In this document: positions 49,282 to 58,879 of the stretch, one piece after another
Position numbering within the stretch: position 1 is the first letter of the stretch
Layout of the letters: the number at the start of each line of letters is the position of its first letter
Virus record (IMG/VR): IMGVR_UViG_3300017706_000970
Location: 24,996 to 88,995 of that record
Length of the DNA: 64,000 nucleotides
DNA from: a virus
Reading direction: 5' to 3' (one strand)
Notes under the pieces: generated by a model
What the model was told of the DNA's origin: nothing
The model's database searches: none
What the model saw: the letters and a program-made list of their open reading frames with translations, nothing else
Made by a program: the position numbers and the translations under genes

Positions 49282-50219
49282 GTCTTGAAGGAAAAACTGT
49301 GCTGGTCACAGGTGCAAGTGGTTTCGTTGGAACAAATCTGGTGAACAAAGTACAGTCTACTGATTGTACTTTGCTGACACCATCAAGCAGCGAACTTGAC
49401 CTAACAAATGAAGAAAGTGTAAGTGAATATTTCTCCTCCACGGTTCCAGAAGTGGTTCTACACATCGCAGGAAAAGTCGGCGGTATTCTTGCAAACAAGA
49501 CATACCCCGGAGAGTTCTTTCACAAAAATGCAATGATGAGCGTTCTAGTTGGTCACTACGCTTGGTTGAACGGAGCAGAAAAAGTAGTGTCTCTTGCCGC
49601 TGGTTGTGGATATCCTAAGCACCTAGAAGTCCCTTATCGAGAAGATCAGTTCTGGGACGGGTTTCCCGACGAAAACTCATATGGATACTCTCTTGCAAAG
49701 AAGAATCTGATCGTGCAGTCGTGGTCATACCGAGAGCAATATGGTTTTGACTCCACGGTTCTTCTCCCTGCAAATCTTTACGGTCCACATGATAACTTTG
49801 ATCTAGAGTCCTCTCATGTTGTCCCTGCACTTATTCGTAAGTTCATCGAAGCAAGAGATGAGGGTAGTGATGAAGTTGTTGTTTGGGGAGATGGATCTGC
49901 GAGTCGAGAGTTTTTGTTTGTGGATGACACCGTTGAGGCTATTCTCAAGATGGTAGACTGTAACGAATCAGGTCCGTTCAATCTAGGAACGGGAGTTGAA
50001 ACAAGTATCAAAGAACTCATTGAAACGATTCGGTCATGTGTTGGATATGAGGGGAGTATCGTTTGGGACACTAGCAAACCAAATGGTCAACCAAGAAGAT
50101 TCTATGATATGTCTGAGTTTGAACGTGCGGTTGGATATATCCCATCGACCCCTCTTTCAGATGGTATCTCTAAAACAGTGAAGTGGTATGAGGAGAATCG
50201 AAGTGTTGCAAGAATCTGA
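49278..50219 (+). CDS. fcl: GDP-L-fucose synthase
   Basis: GASGFVG, A.KVGGI.AN..YP.EF, Y..AK, P.NLYGP.DNFD...SHV.PAL.RKF, WG.G...REFL.V.D, KP.G. Confidence 0.88.
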   Translation: MSLEGKTVLVTGASGFVGTNLVNKVQSTDCTLLTPSSSELDLTNEESVSEYFSSTVPEVVLHIAGKVGGILANKTYPGEFFHKNAMMSVLVGHYAWLNGAEKVVSLAAGCGYPKHLEVPYREDQFWDGFPDENSYGYSLAKKNLIVQSWSYREQYGFDSTVLLPANLYGPHDNFDLESSHVVPALIRKFIEARDEGSDEVVVWGDGSASREFLFVDDTVEAILKMVDCNESGPFNLGTGVETSIKELIETIRSCVGYEGSIVWDTSKPNGQPRRFYDMSEFERAVGYIPSTPLSDGISKTVKWYEENRSVARI

Positions 50220-51237
50220 TAAAAAGAAAATGGTTATAACAGGTGGGTGTGGTTTCATCGGATCAAACATGTCACACCACTTTGCAAAGTCGGGTGAGTG
50301 GGATGTCTTTGTCTTTGATGATATGTCACGGGGAAGAAAAGAGAACATCAAGGATGATTCGATTACAATTATTGAGGGGTCTGGAGAGAGACTAGATGAC
50401 TGCCTATTTGCCTTTGAGGGAGCAGACACGGTTATTCATCTCGCAGCAAAAGTAGGAGGAATTGGTTACTACGAAGAAAAACCATTCTCTGTCTGTCTTG
50501 AAAATACCCTTATTGATACAAACGTAATTTTAGGTATGATAATGGCTGGTGTGAATAAATTTGTCTACGCAAGCACCACGCATGTATATCCCCACGAACT
50601 ACAAACAAGCCCAGATTCGCCGCCCCTGAAAGAAAGTGATGCAGGCTCCGATCCTCTTTTGTCTTATGGGTTGGAGAAACTTTACATCGAAAAACTACTC
50701 TCTTTCATGGACGTAGAGAGGGACGATGAAATTGATCATGATATTCCTAATTTGGGTATTGCTCGTTACTGTGGAATATATGGATCGGGTCAAGATACCA
50801 ATCTTGAAAATACATCTCTACTTCCTGCTCTCTGTAAAAGAGCATCGTTGTATCCAGAGGTTCCTTATCAAATTAGGGGCGACGGAAGAGAAACAAGATC
50901 ATATTGCTACATTGATGATGCGATTGAGGCTACTGAGATGATGCTAAATAAAATGGAGACAGAGAGAATAGTCGGACCATATAACGTGGGGTCTGATGAA
51001 AAGTTTACGGTGATGCAAATCGCAGAGAAGATTGCAAATATTTCAGGGAAAGATATGGCGATACAAACCCAACCTGAGATTGTTGCAAATATCATGGGAC
51101 AATCCTGTGACCTAGAAACTATAAAGTCAGAACTCGGCTGGTATCCAAAAACTACCCTTGACAAAGGACTGATCAAGATATACAATGATGTAAAGGAGCG
51201 AGTAAATCATGAGAAAGTATCTACCAACGCTGAGTGA
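50188..51237 (+). CDS. NAD-dependent nucleotide-sugar epimerase (GDP-mannose 3,5-epimerase-like)
   Basis: TGG.GFIGS, HLAA.VGG.GY, YG.EK, A.C, GDG..TRS.CYIDD; exact start uncertain. Confidence 0.8.
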   Translation: MRRIEVLQESDKKKMVITGGCGFIGSNMSHHFAKSGEWDVFVFDDMSRGRKENIKDDSITIIEGSGERLDDCLFAFEGADTVIHLAAKVGGIGYYEEKPFSVCLENTLIDTNVILGMIMAGVNKFVYASTTHVYPHELQTSPDSPPLKESDAGSDPLLSYGLEKLYIEKLLSFMDVERDDEIDHDIPNLGIARYCGIYGSGQDTNLENTSLLPALCKRASLYPEVPYQIRGDGRETRSYCYIDDAIEATEMMLNKMETERIVGPYNVGSDEKFTVMQIAEKIANISGKDMAIQTQPEIVANIMGQSCDLETIKSELGWYPKTTLDKGLIKIYNDVKERVNHEKVSTNAE

Positions 51238-51604
51238 ACTGATCGACAGACTCAGCATCAATCAACTCAAAGAAGTTTTTATTGCGGACCACAAAGATGA
51301 ATATGCAGATGAGATCAAACTTATTCTACATGACATTGATGAGATTCTAAAGGACGAAGACATCACCCTTGATGCGGATTCGATCCGATCGATTATTGTT
51401 CTTGCACAGATGAATCTTCATATCTGGCACAATGAGTCCGCTGCCCGTCAGGGTAAAGAGGGAGCAGACTTGTTCCTTACCCACGGTCTAAATGGAATCA
51501 GAAACACCGCAAAAAATAAGATCCAAGAAAAGGCAGGAGGTCGAAAGGACTATAAGATTGATTGTCTTGGTAGCGACTTCAAGGACTGGGATGTAAGTTG
51601 GTGA
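51209..51604 (+). CDS. helical hypothetical protein associated with sugar clusters
   Basis: ELIDRLSI..LK, N..IWH.E...R, N..RN..KN.I pattern; AAGGAG RBS. Confidence 0.55.
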   Translation: MRKYLPTLSELIDRLSINQLKEVFIADHKDEYADEIKLILHDIDEILKDEDITLDADSIRSIIVLAQMNLHIWHNESAARQGKEGADLFLTHGLNGIRNTAKNKIQEKAGGRKDYKIDCLGSDFKDWDVSW

Positions 51605-52341
51605 TACTCGTCATCGGCGATTCTTGCACAGACGTATATCATTATGGATATACAAAGAGACTCGCACCCGAGGGTCCGGTTCCTGTTTTTCATATAAGCA
51701 AAACAGTGAAAAATGGAGGGATGGCAAAAAACGTATGTGAAAATATACATTCTCTTGGTGCAGAGTGTGAAATGGTGACAAATACTTGCGATGTGACAAA
51801 AACAAGATACGTTGACGATAGACATAATCACCTTCTTTTGCGTGTTGACTCTCACGAAAGAAAAGTTGAAAGAGTGCAAGATCTGTGGAGCATTGATTTT
51901 TCCAAGTATGAGTCTATCGTAATATCTGATTATGATCACGGATTTTTGACAGAGAGCGATATAGAATTTATTGCGTCAGAGTGTTCAGGCACTACTTTTC
52001 TCGACACAAAAAAGAAACTAGGCTCTTGGTGTAAGCAAGTTGACTATATCAAGATAAATGAATTTGAGTTTGAAAATACTAAACACACTATAGATCCCGA
52101 TATCAAAGATAAACTAATCGTGACTCTTAGCAAAGATGGTTGCTCTTTCAGAGGTAAGACCTATGGGGTAAAAGAAGTAGAGGTCAAAGACATGACCGGA
52201 GCAGGCGATACTTTTCTAGCATCTTTAGTCGTTTCCATGCACGAAGGAAAAACTATTGAAAAATCAATTGAAGTTGCAAACAAAAACGCTACAATCATTG
52301 TGCAACAAAAAGGTGTGGCTAAGATCGGAGATCACATATGA
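51598..52341 (+). CDS. RfaE domain I / HldA-like PfkB sugar (heptose-7-P) kinase
   Basis: VIGD...D.Y..G...RL.PE.PVPV, GG.A.NV, ISDY..G, D.TGAGDTF. Confidence 0.82.
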   Translation: MVILVIGDSCTDVYHYGYTKRLAPEGPVPVFHISKTVKNGGMAKNVCENIHSLGAECEMVTNTCDVTKTRYVDDRHNHLLLRVDSHERKVERVQDLWSIDFSKYESIVISDYDHGFLTESDIEFIASECSGTTFLDTKKKLGSWCKQVDYIKINEFEFENTKHTIDPDIKDKLIVTLSKDGCSFRGKTYGVKEVEVKDMTGAGDTFLASLVVSMHEGKTIEKSIEVANKNATIIVQQKGVAKIGDHI

Positions 52342-52706
52342 GCAGCATTGAAAAACCAGAAATTGTACAAAAGGGGTGGGGTAGTGAAGTAATTTTTGCC
52401 AATAATGAAATGTATTGCGGTAAACTACTTAGATTCAACAAAGGGTCAAAATTTAGTATGCACTTTCACATGAAAAAAGATGAAACGTGGTATTTATCAG
52501 AAGGTACGATTAAACTTAATTGGATTGACACAACCGATGCTTCTAGAACAACTGAGATTGTAGAGTGTGGTGGTGTTATTCGAAATAGACCCGGAGAACC
52601 CCATCAGGTAGAAGCATTAACAGATGCAATAATTTTTGAAGTTTCCACCACCCACTTTGATGAAGATAGTTATAGAGTAGAATCGGGAGATAGTCAAATT
52701 GGTTGA
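52338..52706 (+). CDS. cupin-family sugar isomerase-like protein
   Basis: V.KGWG.E, YCGK.L, SMHFH..KDETWY, PH, EVST.H. Confidence 0.75.
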   Translation: MSSIEKPEIVQKGWGSEVIFANNEMYCGKLLRFNKGSKFSMHFHMKKDETWYLSEGTIKLNWIDTTDASRTTEIVECGGVIRNRPGEPHQVEALTDAIIFEVSTTHFDEDSYRVESGDSQIG

Positions 52707-53106
52707 AACCTATTCTATAATTTGGATAAATGGATGTTTTGATATTTTACATCGCGGTCATATTGAGATGTTCAAATATGCAAGTAGTCTCGGCGGAAGA
52801 GTTGTAGTGGGATTGGATACAGACGAGAGAATTAAAGAATTAAAAGGTAATTCTCGTCCAATAAATACATTAGATGATAGGATGGAATTGGTTCGGTCAA
52901 TCAAATATGTGAATGGAGTAGTTTCGTTCGGAAGTGATGAGGAGTTAATCGCCTTACTAAAAGAAATATGTCCTGTGCATAGAGTGATAGGCGGCGACTA
53001 CAGAGAACTCCCAATTGTGGGGGAAGAGTATTCTGGAGAAATTCTTTTCTTCGATAGGATAGCAGACTACTCTACAACAGGAATACTTAATGTACAAAGA
53101 GACTAA
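52699..53106 (+). CDS. RfaE domain II / HldC-like nucleotidyltransferase
   Basis: NGCFDILH.GH (HxGH), LKG..RPIN, G.DY, YSTT. Confidence 0.85.
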   Translation: MVETYSIIWINGCFDILHRGHIEMFKYASSLGGRVVVGLDTDERIKELKGNSRPINTLDDRMELVRSIKYVNGVVSFGSDEELIALLKEICPVHRVIGGDYRELPIVGEEYSGEILFFDRIADYSTTGILNVQRD

Positions 53107-53299
53107 GTTACGAACAATTCTAAAAACTATATTATGGAGATTGTTTGCTACACTTAATAGTTTTATAATTTTGTATTTGGCTATGACCGACAAACATATA
53201 TGGAACGCAGTGTTTATGAATATTAGTGGTTTTTTTGTTTACTTTTTTTACGAAAGAATATGGAATAAAATTCCATATGGAAAGGTTTGTGATAAATGA
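53090..53299 (+). CDS. DUF2061-like small membrane protein
   Basis: ET..R.I.KT..WR..AT ... Y.FYERIWNKI..G; two hydrophobic segments. Confidence 0.7.
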   Translation: MYKETKLRTILKTILWRLFATLNSFIILYLAMTDKHIWNAVFMNISGFFVYFFYERIWNKIPYGKVCDK

Positions 53300-54252
53300 A
53301 TGATCGTGTTTTGATTACGGGTGGTGCTGGATATATTGGAACAACTCTTGTTCCAGTATTATTGGATATGGGATATAATGTTACAGTAGTTGATAATCTA
53401 ATGTATAGACAAACAACACTAACTACACATTGTTTCAATCCCAAGTTTAAATTTGTAAAAGGAGATGTTAGAGATTATGATTTAATTGATCCTCTCATTA
53501 AAGAACATGACATTATTATTCCTCTTGCTTGTATCGTAGGAATGCCTGCTTGTAAGAAGGACGAGAGAGCCGCGGTTCAAGTTAATGAAGACGCAGTGAA
53601 ACATATAGCGGATATTGTTGGTAATAATAAGAAAATTATTTTCCCAACTACTAATTCTGGTTATGGGATTGGGGAAATGAAAGATGGAGAACTTGTTCAC
53701 TGTAACGAAGAAACTCCACTCGCCCCTTTAAGTCTTTACGGTACAACTAAAGTAAATGCAGAGAACTATCTTAAGGAAACATCAGGTGCAGTTTGTCTTC
53801 GACTTGCAACGGTGTTTGGAATTTCCGAACGAATGAGACTCGACTTACTTGTAAATGACTTTACATACAAAGCGTGTACAGATAAATACATTGTTCTCTT
53901 CGAAAGTTCTTTCAAGAGAAACTTCATTCATGTCAAAGACGTAGTTGGTGCAATGATTTTTGCTATTGAACATTATGATAAAATGAAGGGCGAATCATTC
54001 AATGTAGGACTCAGTAGTGCCAATCTTTCAAAGATGGAATTATGTGAGACTATAAAAGAATACATTCCAAACTTCTCTATTCAAGAATCTGAGATTGACA
54101 ACGACCCAGACAAGAGGAATTATATAGTGAGTAATGATAAAATAGAATCTCTTGGATGGAAACCATCTGTTGATTTACATGTGGGTATAAAAGAACTAAT
54201 AGAAGCTTACGAAATTATTTCATATAATAATAGGTTATTCACAAATCAATGA
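53296..54252 (+). CDS. NAD-dependent epimerase/dehydratase
   Basis: LITGGAGYIG, LA.IVG.PAC, YG.TK, R.ATVFG.S.RMR.DLLVNDF. Confidence 0.88.
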   Translation: MNDRVLITGGAGYIGTTLVPVLLDMGYNVTVVDNLMYRQTTLTTHCFNPKFKFVKGDVRDYDLIDPLIKEHDIIIPLACIVGMPACKKDERAAVQVNEDAVKHIADIVGNNKKIIFPTTNSGYGIGEMKDGELVHCNEETPLAPLSLYGTTKVNAENYLKETSGAVCLRLATVFGISERMRLDLLVNDFTYKACTDKYIVLFESSFKRNFIHVKDVVGAMIFAIEHYDKMKGESFNVGLSSANLSKMELCETIKEYIPNFSIQESEIDNDPDKRNYIVSNDKIESLGWKPSVDLHVGIKELIEAYEIISYNNRLFTNQ

Positions 54253-55229
54253 TATTACTATGTTATGGCACTCGTCCCGAGTGGATAAAAATTAAACCTC
54301 TAATCAAAGCCTTCGAGGGTAAGATTCCTTTTCGGGTATTGTTCACTGGACAACATGCAGATATTTCTGGTGGTTGGTTTCATGATAAGTTGAAGATCGA
54401 AGAAGGAGTCAATCGTCTAGATTCGATCTTCTCTTCTGTGATGAACAACATAGACTTCAATGAAGTAAGTGCCGTTCTGGTGCAGGGTGATACTGCGACT
54501 TGTCTTGCAGTCGGTCTGTCTGCCTTCAACCACAAGGTTCCCGTGATTCATCTAGAAGCAGGCCTGCGAACTTACGATCTTGAACACCCATACCCCGAAG
54601 AGGGATACCGACAGATGCTCTCTCGCATCACTGATATTCATCTTTGTCCTACTAAGATCGCAAAGACTCATTTGCTTCGTGATTCTGTTGGTGGTGAGAT
54701 TCATGTCGTAGGAAATACTGTCCTCGATAATTTAGTCGATACTAAATCATCTTATGGTGACGAGGTTCTTGTGACCATTCATCGTCGAGAGAATCACCAC
54801 ATCATTGACGATTGGATGAGAGAACTCGATAGTCTAGATGAAAACGTCACATTAATTCGACATCCTAATCCTGTCGTCATGAATGCCGTTGATAAACTAA
54901 AGAATGTAAATGTGATTGATCCCTTACCACATGACAAAATGGTTGAACGAATTGCAAACTGTAAGTTTCTAATCACGGACAGTGGCGGACTACAGGAAGA
55001 AGGGTCATTCTTCAACAAGAAAATTATTATCTGCCGAGAAACAACAGAACGACCAGAGGTATTGGAACATTATGGTGTTCTTTGTTTAACTCCAAAAGAC
55101 CTTCCTTCAATTGTAAACTCAATTAAAAACACATACATATTAGACAAACCCTGTCCCTTTGGTGATGGTAAGTCAGCAATTAAAATTATGGAGATATTAT
55201 GTCGCGCCCAACTATTACACTTTGCATGA
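54249..55229 (+). CDS. wecB: UDP-N-acetylglucosamine 2-epimerase (non-hydrolysing)
   Basis: GTRPE.IK, TGQH, VQGDT, H.EAGLR, PEE, GNT..D, HRREN, TDSGG.QEE, TERPE. Confidence 0.92.
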   Translation: MILLCYGTRPEWIKIKPLIKAFEGKIPFRVLFTGQHADISGGWFHDKLKIEEGVNRLDSIFSSVMNNIDFNEVSAVLVQGDTATCLAVGLSAFNHKVPVIHLEAGLRTYDLEHPYPEEGYRQMLSRITDIHLCPTKIAKTHLLRDSVGGEIHVVGNTVLDNLVDTKSSYGDEVLVTIHRRENHHIIDDWMRELDSLDENVTLIRHPNPVVMNAVDKLKNVNVIDPLPHDKMVERIANCKFLITDSGGLQEEGSFFNKKIIICRETTERPEVLEHYGVLCLTPKDLPSIVNSIKNTYILDKPCPFGDGKSAIKIMEILCRAQLLHFA

Positions 55230-56455
55230 TCGTAAAAGATGAAGAACACTGTATCAAACGGTGTCTTGAATCTATGGCACCTCATATCGATAGGTATGAT
55301 ATTTCGGACACGGGTTCGAGTGACAAAACTAAAGAAATCATCAAAGAGTTTTTTGATGAGAAGGGTATTCCCGGTGAGGTCCATGAGATTCCTTGGCAGG
55401 GATTCGGCAAGTCAAGAACACAGGCCCTTCGCAACTGTGACGGGAAGGCCGATTATGCGTGGGTCATCGACGCAGATGATTCATTGGAAGGCGACATAAA
55501 ATCTGTAGTAAACTTTATCGACAAGACTCGATTTAGTTCATACTCTCTGCGAATTGGTAGAGGTCCAGAGTTTACTTGGTGGAGAAATCAAATCTTCAGG
55601 ACTGAAGATAAGTGGTTTTATGTCGGTGTTCTTCATGAATATGCTCACTGTGAAGGACGAGAACAAAAACAAATGGCTCAGATTCCGGGAGAGTATTTCG
55701 TACATGCTCGAACGGAAGGTGGTCGAAACGTAGGCATAAGTGCTAAGGAAAAATATCTACGAGATGCTGAAACTCTCAAGGATGCTCTTCTTAATCCTGA
55801 GTCTGATGTATATGATCCTACAAATGATCGATATCATTTCTATCTTGCTCAGAGTTACTTTGACTCTCAAGAATATGAACTTTCTAAGGAATGGTATGCA
55901 AAGAGAGCAAAGATGGGCGGATGGGATGAAGAAGTATTCTATTCACTTTATCGAGTGGCAATTTGTTCTGGTCTATTGGAAGAACCGTGGGAAGCTACAC
56001 AAGCAGCTTTTCTTGCTGCATGGGAGAATAGACCTTGGCGTGCAGAACCTCTTCATCAGATTTCACGGGTATTTCGACTGAACGGTCATCCAAGACTCGC
56101 TTATATCTACGCATCTCAAGCTGCTAAGATTGCATTCCCGGAACAGGATATTCTGTTTCTTGCTTCTGATATTTACGACTGGATGGTCCTTGACGAACTA
56201 GGTTCTACAGCGTTTTATGCGGGACAACTTGATGAGGGTCTAGATGCTTGTAATAAACTTTTATCTAGTGGTAAAGTTCCAAAGGATCAAGTAGAACGTA
56301 TCAATAATAACAGAGATATGTATATGAATGCAATTAAACAGAGAAATGTTGCCATATTAGAATCAAAGAAAAATGCACAGGAATTGCAGGAAAAGTATGG
56401 TTTTGCAGATAAAGAAGTGAAAAAGAAGAATTACAAGAAGAAAAAGAAGAAGTAA
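55199..56455 (+). CDS. GT2 glycosyltransferase with TPR-like C-terminus (putative protein O-glycosyltransferase)
   Basis: LCMIVKDEE..I.RCL.S, DTGSSD.T, W.GF...R, DADD, G.LHE; helical repeats FYLAQSY.D, RP.RAEPL. Confidence 0.85.
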   Translation: MSRPTITLCMIVKDEEHCIKRCLESMAPHIDRYDISDTGSSDKTKEIIKEFFDEKGIPGEVHEIPWQGFGKSRTQALRNCDGKADYAWVIDADDSLEGDIKSVVNFIDKTRFSSYSLRIGRGPEFTWWRNQIFRTEDKWFYVGVLHEYAHCEGREQKQMAQIPGEYFVHARTEGGRNVGISAKEKYLRDAETLKDALLNPESDVYDPTNDRYHFYLAQSYFDSQEYELSKEWYAKRAKMGGWDEEVFYSLYRVAICSGLLEEPWEATQAAFLAAWENRPWRAEPLHQISRVFRLNGHPRLAYIYASQAAKIAFPEQDILFLASDIYDWMVLDELGSTAFYAGQLDEGLDACNKLLSSGKVPKDQVERINNNRDMYMNAIKQRNVAILESKKNAQELQEKYGFADKEVKKKNYKKKKKK

Positions 56456-56493
56456 TTTAACCAATTTGTATAGTATGCAGACAAATAAATCTT

Positions 56494-56501
56494 CCTAAAT
56501 A
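56494..56501 (+). promoter_or_regulatory. late promoter variant CCTAAATA
   Basis: Intergenic, upstream of AGGAG RBS and ATG 56517. Confidence 0.7.
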
Positions 56502-56516
56502 CGTTAGGAGAAAACT

Positions 56517-56966
56517 ATGCCCGCAGGCGAATACAATATAACAGTAGATCGTGGAAGTACGTTTAAGTTTCATGTGACATTCTTCAACTCATCTGAAGTT
56601 GCAGTGGATCTAAACACATATTCTGCTTCTATGCAGGTCAGAAAATCTTACACCACCGAGAATATCCTTCTCTCTGCAACTGGTAGTACCGGAGACAGTA
56701 ACAAGGGTGTTGTCGGTGGTGGTTCTACTGGTTACTTTACGGGAACTGGTGGTGTTGCAGGTATCGGTGGGATAGAGTTAAACTCTAGTACCGCTGGTGT
56801 GATAGGAACAACTGGTGGTATATTCCTGTCAGTTGATCATACCACCATGCAAAACATACCATCAGGTAGACATTTTTACGATCTAGAATTGACAAATCTT
56901 TCAGATAGTACCGTAACCAGAATACTTCAAGGTAGATTTGAAGTTGAACCCGAGGTAACTAGGTGA
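56517..56966 (+). CDS. putative fibre-attachment/adaptor protein
   Basis: YNI.VDRG.TF, DL..YSA.MQVRK, YDLE......VTRILQG.F.V.PEVTR; heads the fibre operon. Confidence 0.6.
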   Translation: MPAGEYNITVDRGSTFKFHVTFFNSSEVAVDLNTYSASMQVRKSYTTENILLSATGSTGDSNKGVVGGGSTGYFTGTGGVAGIGGIELNSSTAGVIGTTGGIFLSVDHTTMQNIPSGRHFYDLELTNLSDSTVTRILQGRFEVEPEVTR

Positions 56967-58879
56967 CAAAAGTAAAAGTCAACGAAACGAATACCATAGT
57001 ACGAACAACTACCGAACGAAATGTTGTGAAGGTTGTCGATCAAACTAACACGTTTATAGTAAGACCTGTTGGTGTGATCTCTGGTATTGGTGCAGTTGGT
57101 TTGCAGGGCCCTCAAGGTGTCACTGGTATGACTGGTGCTACTGGTATGACTGGTGATGTTGGTGCAACTGGAACTATTGGGTTAGTGGGTATTTCTGGTG
57201 GGACTGTTGTTCAAGGACAACCAGCATTATTGTTTGCTTCTGATACGACAGGATTGACCTTTACAGTTTCTTCTGCGGGTGAAACCGCAACAGTTTTACT
57301 TTCTGCTGATGATATAGCACGGTCATTTGGTGGTGTTGGAGTTTATGATTATACGGTTTCATCTGGCGTATTGAACGTACCGGTAGCTACTAGTGCTGGT
57401 GAGTTTATATTCAACCCAGAAATGATAAATTCATCAAACACGAACTTATCTATTTTTAATGTAGACAAAAATAATGATCAATTCAGAGAAACTTTAATTG
57501 CACTTGCAAGTGATGAGTTTGCAGAAATTCGTTTTTCTGTTAAGAACAATCCAAACGAAAATGTTTTATATCTTCAGAATATAAATTACAACCCAAGTGC
57601 TCAAAGATTTGATGCCTTTGTTTATGATATTTCACCTGCATCTGTTACTGGTGGTAATGGAAAAACAATAGAAGTTGTAGGTTTTCCTACTGCCCCAATA
57701 ACTTCTGCATCGCAATCTTTTAGACTTCCCGGCGGTGCAACCTTTAGTTCTGTTGTTACTTCTTGGAACAGTCAAACTGGTGATGTAGTATTTACTGAAT
57801 ACGTTTCTTCACTGAACGGGCAGACCGGTGACATAACGGGACAGGTTGGACCTACTGGTTCGATTGGATTTACGGGCCCTACCGGAGCACAAGGGGTTAC
57901 AGGAGCTCAGGGTATTCAAGGTGTGACAGGCGTTACAGGATCTCAGGGTATTCAAGGTGTAACTGGTACTGATGGTGTAACAGGAATCACCGGACCTACT
58001 GGTGCCGATGGAGTTGATGGTGTAACTGGACCCACTGGTGCCGATGGTGTGGGTGACACATACGTTGCGGGTACGGGACTCACGCTAAACGGTCCAACCT
58101 TTTCGGTTCGAGGTTGGACTAGAGGTGGTGAAACATTCCCAGAATCAGTCGGTGGTGTAGATGCAGGAACATCTTTTGCCGATGGAACTACTGCAATTAC
58201 AATACTCGAAACACTTCTTTACCCATATCAATCTGTCTCGTTCTCTGCCTTTGATATTGGAATTTCTTCTGGACCATATGAAGTTGGTCAAACAGCCGGT
58301 AACGGATCAGTTAGTTCTACATGGTCTACATCTGGTCCAAACGCAAACTGGGTTGCTGGTTCAATTTCAATCTCTGCAAATCAAAGCGTAGGAACATTAG
58401 TTTCTGGATTGAATTATAATGGTTCTCCTCAAAGTGTTTTGCATGGTGCATATAACTTTACCGCCGAAACCACCTTGACATTTACTATAAGTGGTCAACA
58501 AGATGAAGGAAGTAATCCAAGTCGAACTGATGCCTTAAATTGGCGATATAGATATTTTAGTGGTAAGACTGGTGCTGGATTCAATGGAACTGGTTTGACG
58601 GGACAAGGATTTACTGACACGCTTAGTAGAACTAGTCCAAATAATTTCTCGGTAACTTTTGCTGCCGCTTCTCCTCCGGATAAGGGATATTTCATTATTC
58701 CTACCGCCGAGTTCTCTGGATCTCTTTCATTCACGGACACTGGAACTGGATTTGCATTCCCATTCACAAATGCTGGTACATTCACTCATACGAATGACTA
58801 TGGACACGGTGTTGGATATACGATCTTTGAATCTACAAATAACTTTGCAGGCGAAACAACAATAAGGGTTAACACATAA
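56963..58879 (+). CDS. collagen-like (G-X-T) fibre protein
   Basis: Two Gly-X-Y tracts rich in GVT/GPT/GAT; VTS.N.QTGDV and [11 protein letters not shown] fibre motifs; GTG start coupled to the upstream stop. Confidence 0.75.
   Translation: MTKVKVNETNTIVRTTTERNVVKVVDQTNTFIVRPVGVISGIGAVGLQGPQGVTGMTGATGMTGDVGATGTIGLVGISGGTVVQGQPALLFASDTTGLTFTVSSAGETATVLLSADDIARSFGGVGVYDYTVSSGVLNVPVATSAGEFIFNPEMINSSNTNLSIFNVDKNNDQFRETLIALASDEFAEIRFSVKNNPNENVLYLQNINYNPSAQRFDAFVYDISPASVTGGNGKTIEVVGFPTAPITSASQSFRLPGGATFSSVVTSWNSQTGDVVFTEYVSSLNGQTGDITGQVGPTGSIGFTGPTGAQGVTGAQGIQGVTGVTGSQGIQGVTGTDGVTGITGPTGADGVDGVTGPTGADGVGDTYVAGTGLTLNGPTFSVRGWTRGGETFPESVGGVDAGTSFADGTTAITILETLLYPYQSVSFSAFDIGISSGPYEVGQTAGNGSVSSTWSTSGPNANWVAGSISISANQSVGTLVSGLNYNGSPQSVLHGAYNFTAETTLTFTISGQQDEGSNPSRTDALNWRYRYFSGKTGAGFNGTGLTGQGFTDTLSRTSPNNFSVTFAAASPPDKGYFIIPTAEFSGSLSFTDTGTGFAFPFTNAGTFTHTNDYGHGVGYTIFESTNNFAGETTIRVNT

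Noticed and set aside
43650-56455. Sugar cluster as host contamination or a chimeric join
   Set aside because: It is tightly joined to regA, flanked by phage late-promoter motifs, and lacks wzx/wzy/initiating transferase genes typical of bacterial O-antigen or capsule loci
43650-56455. Sugar cluster as a T4-style DNA glucosylation system
   Set aside because: No dCMP hydroxymethylase or alpha/beta-glucosyltransferase-like gene recognised here, and enzyme types are those of surface glycans; not fully excluded
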